Assembly: GCA_049322915.1 (NCBI GenBank)
Contig: JBMOPW010000014.1
Location: forward strand, 224,001 to 288,000
Reading direction: 5' to 3'
DNA: 64,000 nt
Source of the DNA: Candidatus Zhuqueibacterota bacterium
GTDB lineage: Bacteria; Zhuqueibacterota; Zhuqueibacteria; Thermofontimicrobiales; Thermofontimicrobiaceae
The notes beneath the pieces are model-generated. The model made no database searches, was not told where the DNA came from, and saw only the letters and a list, made by a program, of their open reading frames with translations. Within the stretch, counting starts at the first letter, position 1. Each line of letters starts with the position of its first letter. Positions 19,454 through 29,107 of this stretch are shown here, in pieces. The position numbers and the translations under genes are program-made.

Positions 19454-20649
19454 AGGTACTTTATTATTGCAGCAAATTTCCTCCGATCGCCGGAGGCGCC
19501 GGAACCAATGCCCATTATCTTGGCACCTATCTGAGTGAGCACGGACACCAGGTGTATGTCGTCTGTGAGTTTTTTCCGGGCTTGAAAAAATACGAAAAGA
19601 TAAACGATAACTATACTGTGTACCGGGCGTCTGTGCCATTCATTGAAAATCGGGGATCCGGCCTGTATTTCCTGCTGCTGTGTGTGATGATCGCCTGGCG
19701 GGGATTGCGGCTGCTCATCAAAGAGAAAATCGATGTCATCCACATTCTCGATACAGCGACGGGAATCGCCGGATTGATTACCAGATTCTTCGTAAAAAAG
19801 CCGAGTGTTTACCTGTTTGGCGGCAGCATGACCTATGAGTACATGTGCAATGCGTACCAGGAAAACGAATGGGATCCGGCAAAAGGCGAAAACTATGTCT
19901 GGGAGAATGCCAGAGGATTTTTGAAGTTCGTTCTCTTTGTCGAAAAACAGTTTTTTTTGAGAAATGACCGCATCTACACCAATGCCCAATATTTATCCGA
20001 TATGCTGGAGCAACATCTGGGCATGGTGGCGCCGAAAGTCCGGTTGATTTACAATGGAATTAACACGGATTATTTGAGTCGGGCCAATATCCCGGATATC
20101 AAAACGGAACTCGGCTATCACCGCATGGCCTATGTCGGCGTTCGATTTGTCAAATATAAAGCGCTGGAAATTTTGATCCGGGCCTGCGCCCCCATTCTGG
20201 AAAAATTCGACGCCCATCTGGTCATTGCAGGCGACGGACCGGAAAAGGAACGTTTACTTGCGGAAGCCAGTAACCATCCCCGGATAGACTTTGTCGGGAA
20301 TTTGAGCTGGGAGAGAAATATTCAGTACGTCCGGTCTGCCGATGTGTTTGCTCTGCCCACGCTGGTGGATAAGACTCCGAATTGCGTGATGGAGGCGCTG
20401 TCGCTGGAAACACCGGTTATCACAACCAATATCGACGGCGTGAAAGAATTGGTGCCCGACGGGTGCGGCATTTTGATCGAACCGAATCAGGTCGACGAGC
20501 TGCAAAAGAGCATTGTGCGGGTGTTTCAACATCCTGACGCAGCGCGGGGGATGGGGCAAAAGGCGCGGAAATTTATGGTGCAGGAGTTCGATTGGAAAAC
20601 GACATGCGATCGGGTTCTGGAAATTTACAATGAGCTTGTCGCGGAATGA
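19450..20649 (+). CDS. Glycosyltransferase family 4
   Basis: FPPIAGGAG; YNGIN; PNCVMEALSLETPVITTNIDGVKE. Confidence 0.87.
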   Translation: MKVLYYCSKFPPIAGGAGTNAHYLGTYLSEHGHQVYVVCEFFPGLKKYEKINDNYTVYRASVPFIENRGSGLYFLLLCVMIAWRGLRLLIKEKIDVIHILDTATGIAGLITRFFVKKPSVYLFGGSMTYEYMCNAYQENEWDPAKGENYVWENARGFLKFVLFVEKQFFLRNDRIYTNAQYLSDMLEQHLGMVAPKVRLIYNGINTDYLSRANIPDIKTELGYHRMAYVGVRFVKYKALEILIRACAPILEKFDAHLVIAGDGPEKERLLAEASNHPRIDFVGNLSWERNIQYVRSADVFALPTLVDKTPNCVMEALSLETPVITTNIDGVKELVPDGCGILIEPNQVDELQKSIVRVFQHPDAARGMGQKARKFMVQEFDWKTTCDRVLEIYNELVAE

Positions 20650-20658
20650 TGGAGCGAA

Positions 20659-21753
20659 ATGGAAACGAATATTGCTTATGTGGATGAGTTGTACCATCTG
20701 GTCCCCCATGGCGGGATTGCAGTCTGGTCCAAACGTTTGACTGATTTTCTGAATACCAACGGTTTTCACATCGATATTTTTTCGTTCACAAAGGGCATAA
20801 AAAACAGCATACCGGACGCGTTGAAAGTGTTTCCAAATTTTCGGGAAATTTTCATCTATCCCGGTCTGGGCAAACGGATGTTTCAGAATTTGGAGCCAAA
20901 ATATAAGCTGGTGCATCTGGTCTCGCCCCACACGTTGGCCTGGCACAAACCGGCTGTCCCGGCGCTGACATCAGTCCACTACCTCATTTCGAGGCAGGCG
21001 CTCATGCTGGGGAAGTATTTGCCGGCAAAATACAAGGTTTTTTTTAACGTCTTCAGTTACTCGCTTTTTCTTCATTACGAAAAGAAAGGGCTGCAACGCG
21101 CGGATTGCATCACCGTGTCGCGACAGGCTTACAAGGAATATCTGATACAGCGGATGAACATTCCGGCAGAGAGGATTGAAATTGTCAAATACGGGATTGA
21201 TGACGCTTTTTTCAAGCCGGCGGAGAAATTTCAGGAAAAAGAGAATGTCGCGATTTATGTCGGCCGGGGATCGCTGCCTAAAGGATTCGATACACTGGTG
21301 CAGGCGGCGCCGCACATCAATGGCAAAGTGATTGCCGTGGCGTCTCAAATTCCCAAGCATCTGCTAGAGGCCATCGCCCGGCTGAAAAATTTTCAGGTGA
21401 CCACCGGCATTTCGCAGGAAAAGCTGCTGGAGCTGTACCGAAGCGCGCTGGTCTTTGTCATGCCCTCGCTGACTGAGGGCTCGCCCATTTCCACATTGGA
21501 AGCGATGGCGTGCGGTTTGCCCGTTGTGTGCACGCCGGAAGGAAGCGGCGAGTACATCGAGGACGGAGTGAATGGTTACATTTTTCCGTTCAAAGATCCG
21601 CTCACGCTGGCAGATCGCGTGAATTATTTGTTCGAACACAGGGATGTGGCGTACGAATTTGGCAGATTGAACAGAGAAAAAGTGGAGAAGGAATTGACGC
21701 TGCCGGTGATTGCCGCACAAATGAAGGCCATCTACACGCGCTTTTTGAATTGA
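20659..21753 (+). CDS. Glycosyltransferase family 4
   Basis: YVGRGSLPKG; FVMPSLTEGSPISTLEAMACGLPVV. Confidence 0.88.
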   Translation: METNIAYVDELYHLVPHGGIAVWSKRLTDFLNTNGFHIDIFSFTKGIKNSIPDALKVFPNFREIFIYPGLGKRMFQNLEPKYKLVHLVSPHTLAWHKPAVPALTSVHYLISRQALMLGKYLPAKYKVFFNVFSYSLFLHYEKKGLQRADCITVSRQAYKEYLIQRMNIPAERIEIVKYGIDDAFFKPAEKFQEKENVAIYVGRGSLPKGFDTLVQAAPHINGKVIAVASQIPKHLLEAIARLKNFQVTTGISQEKLLELYRSALVFVMPSLTEGSPISTLEAMACGLPVVCTPEGSGEYIEDGVNGYIFPFKDPLTLADRVNYLFEHRDVAYEFGRLNREKVEKELTLPVIAAQMKAIYTRFLN

Positions 21754-21819
21754 ATCAAGTCATTCAAAAATATTCGGTGAGTGAATTTTAAGCAAGGACA
21801 TTTTTAAAAGGAATACAGG

Positions 21820-22809
21820 ATGAATTGGATAGGAAAAAAAGTATTGGTGACCGGAGCGGGTGGATTTATCGGTAGCCATTTGACCGAAGAGTTGGTGAGG
21901 CATGGCGCTTCAGTGCGGGCGCTGGTTCACTATAATTCCCGAAACGACTGGGGCTTGCTGGAGAAAATTCCAAAAACGACCAAACAGGAAATTGAAGTGA
22001 TCACCGGGGATATTCAGGATCCATTTTCCATGCAAAAAGCAGTTGCCGGCCGGGAGGTTGTCTTTCACCTGGCCGCGCTCATTGCCATTCCCTATTCGTA
22101 TCAGGCGCCCATGAGCTATGTCGAAACAAACGTGCGGGGAACGCTGAATGTCATGCAGGCCTGTCTGCAGGAAGGCGTGGAAAAGGTGGTTCACACATCC
22201 ACTAGCGAAACGTACGGCACGGCGCTCTATACGCCCATCGATGAGAAGCATCCGTTGCAGGGGCAGTCGCCCTATTCAGCCAGCAAAATTGGTGCTGATA
22301 AAATTGCGGAGAGTTATTATCTCAGCTTTGAACTGCCGGTTGCGACCATTCGTCCGTTCAATACCTATGGACCGCGGCAATCGGCGCGGGCGGTGATTCC
22401 CACAATCATCTCCCAGGCGCTGCAAAAAGAAGAAATTTTCCTGGGCTCACTGACGCCGGTGCGGGATTTGAATTTTGTGAAAGACACAGTGGCAGGCTTT
22501 ATAAAAATTGCCGAGGTCCAGAGTACCAATGGCAAAGTGACCAACGTGGGGTTTGGTCAGGGAATAACCATCGGCGACCTGGCGCAGAAAATTTTTAAGC
22601 TGATCGGGAAAGAGGTGAAGATCAGAACCGAGAGTCAGCGAATCCGGCCGGAGAAGAGCGAGGTGCTGACCCTGATCTGCGATAACTCCCAGGCCAAAAA
22701 TCTGATGAATTGGTCGCCAGCCTATACCCTGGACCAGGGGTTGCTGGAGACAATCGATTTCATAAAACAACATGCTGAAATGTACAAGAGTGACCGGTAT
22801 AACGTTTAA
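21820..22809 (+). CDS. NAD-dependent nucleotide-sugar 4,6-dehydratase, LegB-like
   Basis: VTGAGGFIGSHL; YNSRNDWG; LAALIAIPYSY; HTSTSETYG; QSPYSASKIGAD; RPFNTYGPRQSARAVIPTII. Confidence 0.85.
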   Translation: MNWIGKKVLVTGAGGFIGSHLTEELVRHGASVRALVHYNSRNDWGLLEKIPKTTKQEIEVITGDIQDPFSMQKAVAGREVVFHLAALIAIPYSYQAPMSYVETNVRGTLNVMQACLQEGVEKVVHTSTSETYGTALYTPIDEKHPLQGQSPYSASKIGADKIAESYYLSFELPVATIRPFNTYGPRQSARAVIPTIISQALQKEEIFLGSLTPVRDLNFVKDTVAGFIKIAEVQSTNGKVTNVGFGQGITIGDLAQKIFKLIGKEVKIRTESQRIRPEKSEVLTLICDNSQAKNLMNWSPAYTLDQGLLETIDFIKQHAEMYKSDRYNV

Positions 22810-22913
22810 CCCGCATCATTCATTGTATTTTTAAAGGAAGCGGGATAACCTGAATGGTGCATAAATTTAAAATTCGAATATAAAACTGAGTTTGATTTTG
22901 CACATACATTCAC

Positions 22914-22933
22914 ACATTATGAAAACATAATGT
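22914..22933. promoter_or_regulatory. Perfect 8-4-8 inverted repeat ACATTATG-AAAA-CATAATGT, possible operator
   Basis: Seen directly in the AT-rich gap upstream of the nucleotidyltransferase. Confidence 0.35.
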
Positions 22934-22978
22934 TAAGTTGGGCTATTGGAGAATTCATGAATAATTCAGATTAAATGA

Positions 22979-23692
22979 GTGAGGATGAAGATGCAGGCGA
23001 TAATTTTAGCTGGCGGAAAGGGGACGCGTTTAAAACCATACACGACAATTCTTCCCAAACCGTTGATGCCAATTCTGGATATGCCGATTCTGGAAGTGGT
23101 CATCCGGCAATTGAAAAAGAATGGCTTCAACAACGTCGTGCTGGCTGTGGGACACTTAGCTGAACTCATCGAGGCGTATTTCGGCGATGGAAGAAAATGG
23201 GGAATTCGCATCACCTACTCGCGCGAGGACAAACCAATGGGAACGGCTGGGCCACTCACGCTCATCGAAAATCTAGATGAGACTTTTTTAATGATGAACG
23301 GCGATATTTTGACGGACCTGAAATACGCCGACCTTGTTGCGTTTCATAAATCGCATCGTTCGGACATCACAATTGCCACGTACGATAAAGAGGTTAAAAT
23401 TGACCTGGGAATTTTGAAGACAAATTCCGATCACCAGATTGTTGAATATATTGAAAAACCGACGCTGGTGCACCAGGTGAGCATGGGAATTTACATCATC
23501 GATAAGTGCATGATGGACCTAATTCCCAAAGGTGAATATTTCGATCTGCCCGATTTGATCAAACGCTCCATCAAGGAAAATCGAAAGGTGATGAGCTATC
23601 CTTTCAAAAATTACTGGCGCGATATCGGAAGGAAAGATGATTATGAATTGGCCCTGGAAGAATACGAGAAATTAGCAGTCGAACTATTGTGA
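22979..23692 (+). CDS. Sugar-1-phosphate nucleotidyltransferase (NTP_transferase family)
   Basis: AIILAGGKGTRLKPYT; PKPLMPI; MGTAGPL; MNGDILT; IEKP; YWRDIG. True start may be ATG 22985 or 22991. Confidence 0.9.
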   Translation: MRMKMQAIILAGGKGTRLKPYTTILPKPLMPILDMPILEVVIRQLKKNGFNNVVLAVGHLAELIEAYFGDGRKWGIRITYSREDKPMGTAGPLTLIENLDETFLMMNGDILTDLKYADLVAFHKSHRSDITIATYDKEVKIDLGILKTNSDHQIVEYIEKPTLVHQVSMGIYIIDKCMMDLIPKGEYFDLPDLIKRSIKENRKVMSYPFKNYWRDIGRKDDYELALEEYEKLAVELL

Positions 23693-23707
23693 CTCATGAG
23701 AGAATAA

Positions 23708-24721
23708 ATGGACGCACAGAAAACAAAAACCAAAAAAAGCAAACTCAGCATATTGATTAGCTGGGCGTTTATGCTGTTAATCATCGGCGGACTTATCCTG
23801 CTGATTCTTTCAAATCGGGATAAATTTAGTGAGTATAAAGAGACGCTGCTCCATGTGAATTTGGTGACTCTGTTCATTGTTTTGCTGGTGACCATGAGCG
23901 CTAACTTCTTCCGCGGCTGGCGATGGTATTATTTAGTCCTGGCGATCAAAAATAACATTTCATTGATCAATATTTTCAGGGTGACGTTCAGCGCGCTGGC
24001 TGCGAATTTTACCATGCCTGGAAAATTGGGCGTGCCGGTAAAGGCGGTGCTGCTCAAAAAGACTGAAAATATCGAAGTGGGAAAGTCCCTGCCATCGATT
24101 CTGGGAGAGATATTCATCGAGCATTCTTCGGAAATTTTAATCGCTATCGTCAGCGTTTTCATCGGCGGGCATATTTCCAAACTGACAGCCACCTCGAGCA
24201 AAATCGCCGACGACCAGGGAGTGGTTATGAACATCGGCATTGCCGTGGGGATTCTTCTGCTGGGCGCGGTGGCCTGGTTCGCTTTTAAGCGCAAGCTCAA
24301 ATCAATGGATTTCATCCATAATTTCATGGAGGCCATCCATCTCACGAAAAAGCGCGTGGACTATGTGGTTTATAGCTACATCATCACGATTGTAAACCTG
24401 ATCATCAGCTATTATGTATTCTGGATGGTCGTGGCCACATTGGGTCATCCTGAAGTGGATCTGACGTTTGTCATTTTCGCCGGGACGATCACCAATTTTC
24501 TCGGGCTGATTTCGCCAATCCCCGGCGGCGTCGGCGTTCGTGAAATTACGATTTATGGTCTGTACGATTTTTATTATGGCCTGGGCGGTATAGCGTTCCT
24601 GGCCATCGTGCTCATGCGGCTGATCACCTATCTGTCCCTGTTTCTCTGTTTCCTGTTGGAGCGGTTTTACTCGGAAGTGATTGTCGCCAGAAAAAAACGC
24701 GAAGTAATTGTATCGCAATAG
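23708..24721 (+). CDS. Lysylphosphatidylglycerol-synthase-TM / UPF0104 flippase-like membrane protein
   Basis: RGWRW; ANFTMPGKLG; SPIPGGVGVRE; LMRLITY; about 8 TM helices. Confidence 0.85.
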   Translation: MDAQKTKTKKSKLSILISWAFMLLIIGGLILLILSNRDKFSEYKETLLHVNLVTLFIVLLVTMSANFFRGWRWYYLVLAIKNNISLINIFRVTFSALAANFTMPGKLGVPVKAVLLKKTENIEVGKSLPSILGEIFIEHSSEILIAIVSVFIGGHISKLTATSSKIADDQGVVMNIGIAVGILLLGAVAWFAFKRKLKSMDFIHNFMEAIHLTKKRVDYVVYSYIITIVNLIISYYVFWMVVATLGHPEVDLTFVIFAGTITNFLGLISPIPGGVGVREITIYGLYDFYYGLGGIAFLAIVLMRLITYLSLFLCFLLERFYSEVIVARKKREVIVSQ

Positions 24722-24875
24722 CAGGGCAATCGACAGAATCCCAGCCGGATTCCGCCGCTGGTTTGAATCGGTGCTCAGGAATGTTCAGTGAAACGTAAAA
24801 AGGCCGTCAGTTCTCTGATTTTCAGGAATAGACCTTGCTGAGTTTTTTAAAGAATCGGTTACACGGTAAATACTT

Positions 24876-26834
24876 GTGAAAAGAAAATTCAATCATAAAT
24901 CCACTCATCGGAATACAGTTCAGGTAAAAGGAAACCAGTCAAGTTATTACAATTACACGTGGATCGCTGCTGGCATCTATACCTGTGTCATGAGCTATCT
25001 CAGCATTATTCGGTACGAGAGTTTTTCGGCGTCGGTGTACGATTTAGGCATTATGATTCAGACCGTGTGGAATACGAGCCAGGGATGGTTGCTGCAGGAA
25101 AGCGTGAACATGGGCTATCCCATGATGCGGTTCTGGATGGCGCACTGGGAGTTCATTTATGTGCCCATTGCGCTGATCTACCGACTCTTTTCGTCGCCCT
25201 ACACCCTGCTCATTCTCCATGCCGCGGTCGTGGCCCTGGGAGCGGTTCCCATTTACAAATTGGCCTATGACAAATCAGGGAATGGGTCGATCGCTTTTTC
25301 ATTCTCGGTGAGCTATCTGCTCTATCCGGCGATTCAAAATGCGACCCTGTGCGATGTTCATGGTGTAACGTTTGCAGCGCCATTTCTGCTGTTTGCATTT
25401 TACTATTTGCAAAAGAATAAAATTGGGTTGTTTGCCCTGTTTTCCGCCATCGCCATTTCATGCCGCGAGGACTCAGCCCTGCTGATTCTCATGATGGGGG
25501 TGTACGCGTTTTTAATTCTGAAAAAGAGAAAGCTCGGTATCATTGTTGCCATCGTTGGCTTTTCATGGTTTTTTATCTGGTACGAGCGGATGGCCATTCG
25601 CTCCATGCTGGGACTGCCCGAATTTATCATAATGGAAGGCGCCGAGGCGCATTGGGACCATCTGGCCAGGCTCAAAGATGATCCGTTTTACCTGGTGTCG
25701 TTCCTGGCAAAAAAATATAATATCCGATATTTCATCTACCTGTTCGGCCCGGTATTGCTGTTAAGTTTGTTCAGCCCCATGACCTTGCTCATGGCATTAC
25801 CCATGTTCGCGATCAATTTGTTGAGCAGTTATTATTACACCCATGACGTGGAACATTATTACAGCGCGACCATTGCGCCGTTCATTTATATCTCCGCGAT
25901 TTATGGGTTCGAAAAAATTCAGGACTATCTCCGGATCAGGCATCATAAAAAATTACCGTGGCTCAGGGCAATGCCGATCCTGATTTTGCTGAGTTCGTTG
26001 ATTTTTTTCTTTCTCAAATCCAATGCGTTTGACGCCGGGAAGTGGACAATAACCGATCATCACCGGACCATCAAGAAGGTAATTGCGCATATTCCGGAGC
26101 AGGCTTCGCTTTCTGCCGATGCAAAGCTGGCAACCCATGCGGCGGAGCGCCACGAGCTGTATGCGTTCAACGACCATGCGTACGATGCGGATTATGTGCT
26201 CTATGATTTTTACGCTCCCAAAGTCGCACTGGTCACGCGGACAACATTTCACCTGCCGTTTTTCTGGGCAGATAACGACTCCATCCGCAACGTGCTGGCT
26301 AATGAAGCATACGGCATTGTGGTTTATGAAGATGGCGTCTGTCTTTTCGAAAAAAATGCGGACTATGATTCCGGGCTGCGCAGGCTGGCGTACTCGGAGG
26401 GACAAAAGGAAATGAACAGCCTCCATGTCGAAGTGGCCCCGGGCCTGGTCTGTCGCGGTTATCAGACTTTTGAACAGCTTCGGTACTACGTCGACCTGGG
26501 GAAATTCGGAGACATCGCCTGGCAGCGCGGCATCCATTTCACCTGTTTTTGGGAAGCCGCTCAAACGCTGGAAGACACACTTCTGTTTCAATTTAAAATT
26601 GAAAATCCGGGGACAGGTGAGCAATTTTCATTCGACCACGCCCCTGTTTTTGGCGTGTTTCCAACGACGCGCTGGGAAGCGGGACGAATGATTCAAGATG
26701 AAATTTTTACGACAATCCCGGCAGGGACAAAGGCCGGCATGTATCAAATTTCGGTCAGAGTTAAATCAGATCTGGCAGAAGGACAATTCGACAATTTGTT
26801 TGATTTAGAAATTGAAGGGACGGAGCAGCGATGA
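24876..26834 (+). CDS. DUF2079-like multi-TM GT-C-fold membrane protein with a C-terminal periplasmic domain
   Basis: YDLGIMIQTVWN; HWEFIYVPIALIY; DVHGVTFAAP; CREDSAL; HYYSATIAP; C-terminal DHAPVFGVFPTTRWEAG. Confidence 0.72.
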   Translation: MKRKFNHKSTHRNTVQVKGNQSSYYNYTWIAAGIYTCVMSYLSIIRYESFSASVYDLGIMIQTVWNTSQGWLLQESVNMGYPMMRFWMAHWEFIYVPIALIYRLFSSPYTLLILHAAVVALGAVPIYKLAYDKSGNGSIAFSFSVSYLLYPAIQNATLCDVHGVTFAAPFLLFAFYYLQKNKIGLFALFSAIAISCREDSALLILMMGVYAFLILKKRKLGIIVAIVGFSWFFIWYERMAIRSMLGLPEFIIMEGAEAHWDHLARLKDDPFYLVSFLAKKYNIRYFIYLFGPVLLLSLFSPMTLLMALPMFAINLLSSYYYTHDVEHYYSATIAPFIYISAIYGFEKIQDYLRIRHHKKLPWLRAMPILILLSSLIFFFLKSNAFDAGKWTITDHHRTIKKVIAHIPEQASLSADAKLATHAAERHELYAFNDHAYDADYVLYDFYAPKVALVTRTTFHLPFFWADNDSIRNVLANEAYGIVVYEDGVCLFEKNADYDSGLRRLAYSEGQKEMNSLHVEVAPGLVCRGYQTFEQLRYYVDLGKFGDIAWQRGIHFTCFWEAAQTLEDTLLFQFKIENPGTGEQFSFDHAPVFGVFPTTRWEAGRMIQDEIFTTIPAGTKAGMYQISVRVKSDLAEGQFDNLFDLEIEGTEQR

Positions 26835-27973
26835 GTCAATGGAACATACCGCTATTTGATAGCGACATCGGAGACGAGGAAATTCAGGAGGTCACCCGGG
26901 TGCTGGCGTCGAAGTGGCTGACAATGGGTGAAATGACGAAAAAATTTGAGCAGCAATTCAGCGAGTTCATCGGAAGTAAATATGCATTTGCTGTCTCCAA
27001 TGGGACGACTGCCCTGCATCTGGCGAATATCGCGGCAGGCATTGGTCCCGGCGATGAGGTGATTCTCCCATCGTTGACATTTGTGGCGACTGCGAACTCC
27101 GTGCTTTACACCGGCGCGAAACCTGTTTTCGCTGACATTACAAGCGACACTGATTTGAATATATCGCCGGAAGACATCGGGAAAAAAATAACGCCGCGAA
27201 CCAAAGCCATTCTTGTGGTTCATTATGGCGGTTATCCCTGCGATATGGAACGCATCCTGGCCATTGCGAAGCAGCATAATGTGCTGGTTCTGGAAGATGT
27301 GGCTCATGCGCCGGGCGCCGGCATTGGCGCTATGAAGTGCGGCACCTTCGGCCTTTGCGGCAGCTTCAGCTTTTTTTCCAATAAAAATCTCGCGACCGGC
27401 GAGGGCGGTATGCTGACTACTGACGACGATAAAATCGCTGATAAGCTGCGGCTCATTCGCTCTCACGGCATGACCACGCTGACGTTAGATCGATTCAAAG
27501 GCCATGCCTATACCTATGATGTCGTCGACCTGGGCTATAATTACCGTACGTCGGAAATAAACGCAGCCATTGGCATTGTGCAGTTGAACAAGTTGCCTGA
27601 GAAAAATCGAAAGCGGGCGGCGCTGGTTCAGACGTATAATTCGCTGTTGCAGAATGTCGAGGGGGTGACTGTCCCCTTTGTCAACCATGTTGGAACGTCC
27701 TCCTATCACATTTATCCCATCGTCCTGGATAAGAGGCTCAATCGGGAGAAATGCATGGAATTCCTGAAACAAGGTGGCATTCAATCGAGCATTCATTATC
27801 CGCCCATTCACACATTTTCCTATCACAAGAAACTGGTGGATAAAAATGTGCATCTGGAAAAAACAGAGGATGTTGCCGCGCGGGAAGTCACATTGCCGCT
27901 CTACCCGGCAATGACAGAGGCGGATGTGGCAGCGGTCGTTGAAAGAATCAAACAGTTTGTATCTTTAAACTAA
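26831..27973 (+). CDS. DegT/DnrJ/EryC1/StrS PLP-dependent sugar aminotransferase
   Basis: SNGTTALH; TFVATAN; EDVAHA; SFFSNKNLATGEGG; LGYNYR; IHYPPIH. Confidence 0.93.
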   Translation: MSQWNIPLFDSDIGDEEIQEVTRVLASKWLTMGEMTKKFEQQFSEFIGSKYAFAVSNGTTALHLANIAAGIGPGDEVILPSLTFVATANSVLYTGAKPVFADITSDTDLNISPEDIGKKITPRTKAILVVHYGGYPCDMERILAIAKQHNVLVLEDVAHAPGAGIGAMKCGTFGLCGSFSFFSNKNLATGEGGMLTTDDDKIADKLRLIRSHGMTTLTLDRFKGHAYTYDVVDLGYNYRTSEINAAIGIVQLNKLPEKNRKRAALVQTYNSLLQNVEGVTVPFVNHVGTSSYHIYPIVLDKRLNREKCMEFLKQGGIQSSIHYPPIHTFSYHKKLVDKNVHLEKTEDVAAREVTLPLYPAMTEADVAAVVERIKQFVSLN

Positions 27974-27985
27974 ACAGCGAGAATT

Positions 27986-29092
27986 ATGAAAATAGCGATT
28001 ATGGGAATTCGGGGCATTCCGGCGAACTACGGCGGATTCGAGACGTTCGCCGAGGAATTGTCCACGAGATTGGTAGAAAAGGGACACGACGTCACGGTGT
28101 ACGGTCGGTCGAACATCATTGATTACAAGGATAAATTCTATAAAGGCGTGAGGCTTGTCATCCTCCCCACAATCAGCCATAAATATTTCGACACAGTGGC
28201 CCACACAGCGGTATGCGTGGGGCATGCGCTTTTCCAGCACTATGACGTGATTTTGATCTGCAACAGCGCCAATAGCGTCTTCTCATTTGTGCCGCGGCTC
28301 GCCGGAATGTCGGTTGCGCTCAATGTGGATGGGCTGGAATGGCAGCGGGGCAAATGGAACGCGCTGGGTCAGTGGTTCTATCGGGTTTCAGAATGTCTGG
28401 CGACATTCCTGCCAAACCAGGTGGTAACGGATTCTATTTTCATCGAAAATTATTATTTAAAAAAATTTAAAAAGGTTTCGACATTCATCCCTTATGGCGC
28501 ACCAACGCAGCAGGAGAAAACGCGGGACGTATTGCAGAAATTCAACGTGAAGCCCGGGAGGTATATTCTCTTCGTCAGTCGGCTCGAGCCGGAGAACAAC
28601 GCGCATCGCGTGGTGAAGGCGTTCGAAAATGTCAGGACGGATTTGAACCTGGTCGTGGTTGGGGACGCGCCGTACAATTCAAAATATATTAAGAATTTGA
28701 AAAGTACGAAGGACCCGCGGATCATTTTCACCGGCTATGTGTTCGGTCAGGGCTATCGTGAGTTTCAGTCGAATGCCTATTTTTACACCCAGGCGACGGA
28801 GGTTGGAGGGACGCATCCGGCGCTGCTCGAGGCGATGGGCTTTGGCAATTGTGTGTTAGCCAACGAAGTGCCGGAACACACCGAAGTCCTGAGAGATGCT
28901 GGCTTATATTTTAAAACGAGCGACGAGGATGATCTGCGGGCAAAAATGCAATATCTGGTCGATAATCCCGGGGTTGTCGAAGTATATCGGGACAGGGCAG
29001 TGAGACGCATCGAAGAGGCCTATACCTGGGACCGGATTACCGATAGCTATGAAAATCTGTTCCTGAAAATGAACGGAAACCACAGCCATTGA
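27986..29092 (+). CDS. Glycosyltransferase family 4 (DUF1972-type N-terminus)
   Basis: GIRGIPANYGGFETFAEEL; NVDGLEWQRGKW; SRLEPENN; EVGGTHPALLEAMG. Confidence 0.9.
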   Translation: MKIAIMGIRGIPANYGGFETFAEELSTRLVEKGHDVTVYGRSNIIDYKDKFYKGVRLVILPTISHKYFDTVAHTAVCVGHALFQHYDVILICNSANSVFSFVPRLAGMSVALNVDGLEWQRGKWNALGQWFYRVSECLATFLPNQVVTDSIFIENYYLKKFKKVSTFIPYGAPTQQEKTRDVLQKFNVKPGRYILFVSRLEPENNAHRVVKAFENVRTDLNLVVVGDAPYNSKYIKNLKSTKDPRIIFTGYVFGQGYREFQSNAYFYTQATEVGGTHPALLEAMGFGNCVLANEVPEHTEVLRDAGLYFKTSDEDDLRAKMQYLVDNPGVVEVYRDRAVRRIEEAYTWDRITDSYENLFLKMNGNHSH

Positions 29093-29107
29093 GAAAGTCG
29101 GAGGGAA

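Noticed and set aside
21820..27973. Legionaminic/pseudaminic acid pathway
   Set aside because: A dehydratase, aminotransferase and nucleotidyltransferase are present, but no NeuB synthase, NeuA CMP-transferase or hydrolysing 2-epimerase is in the window.
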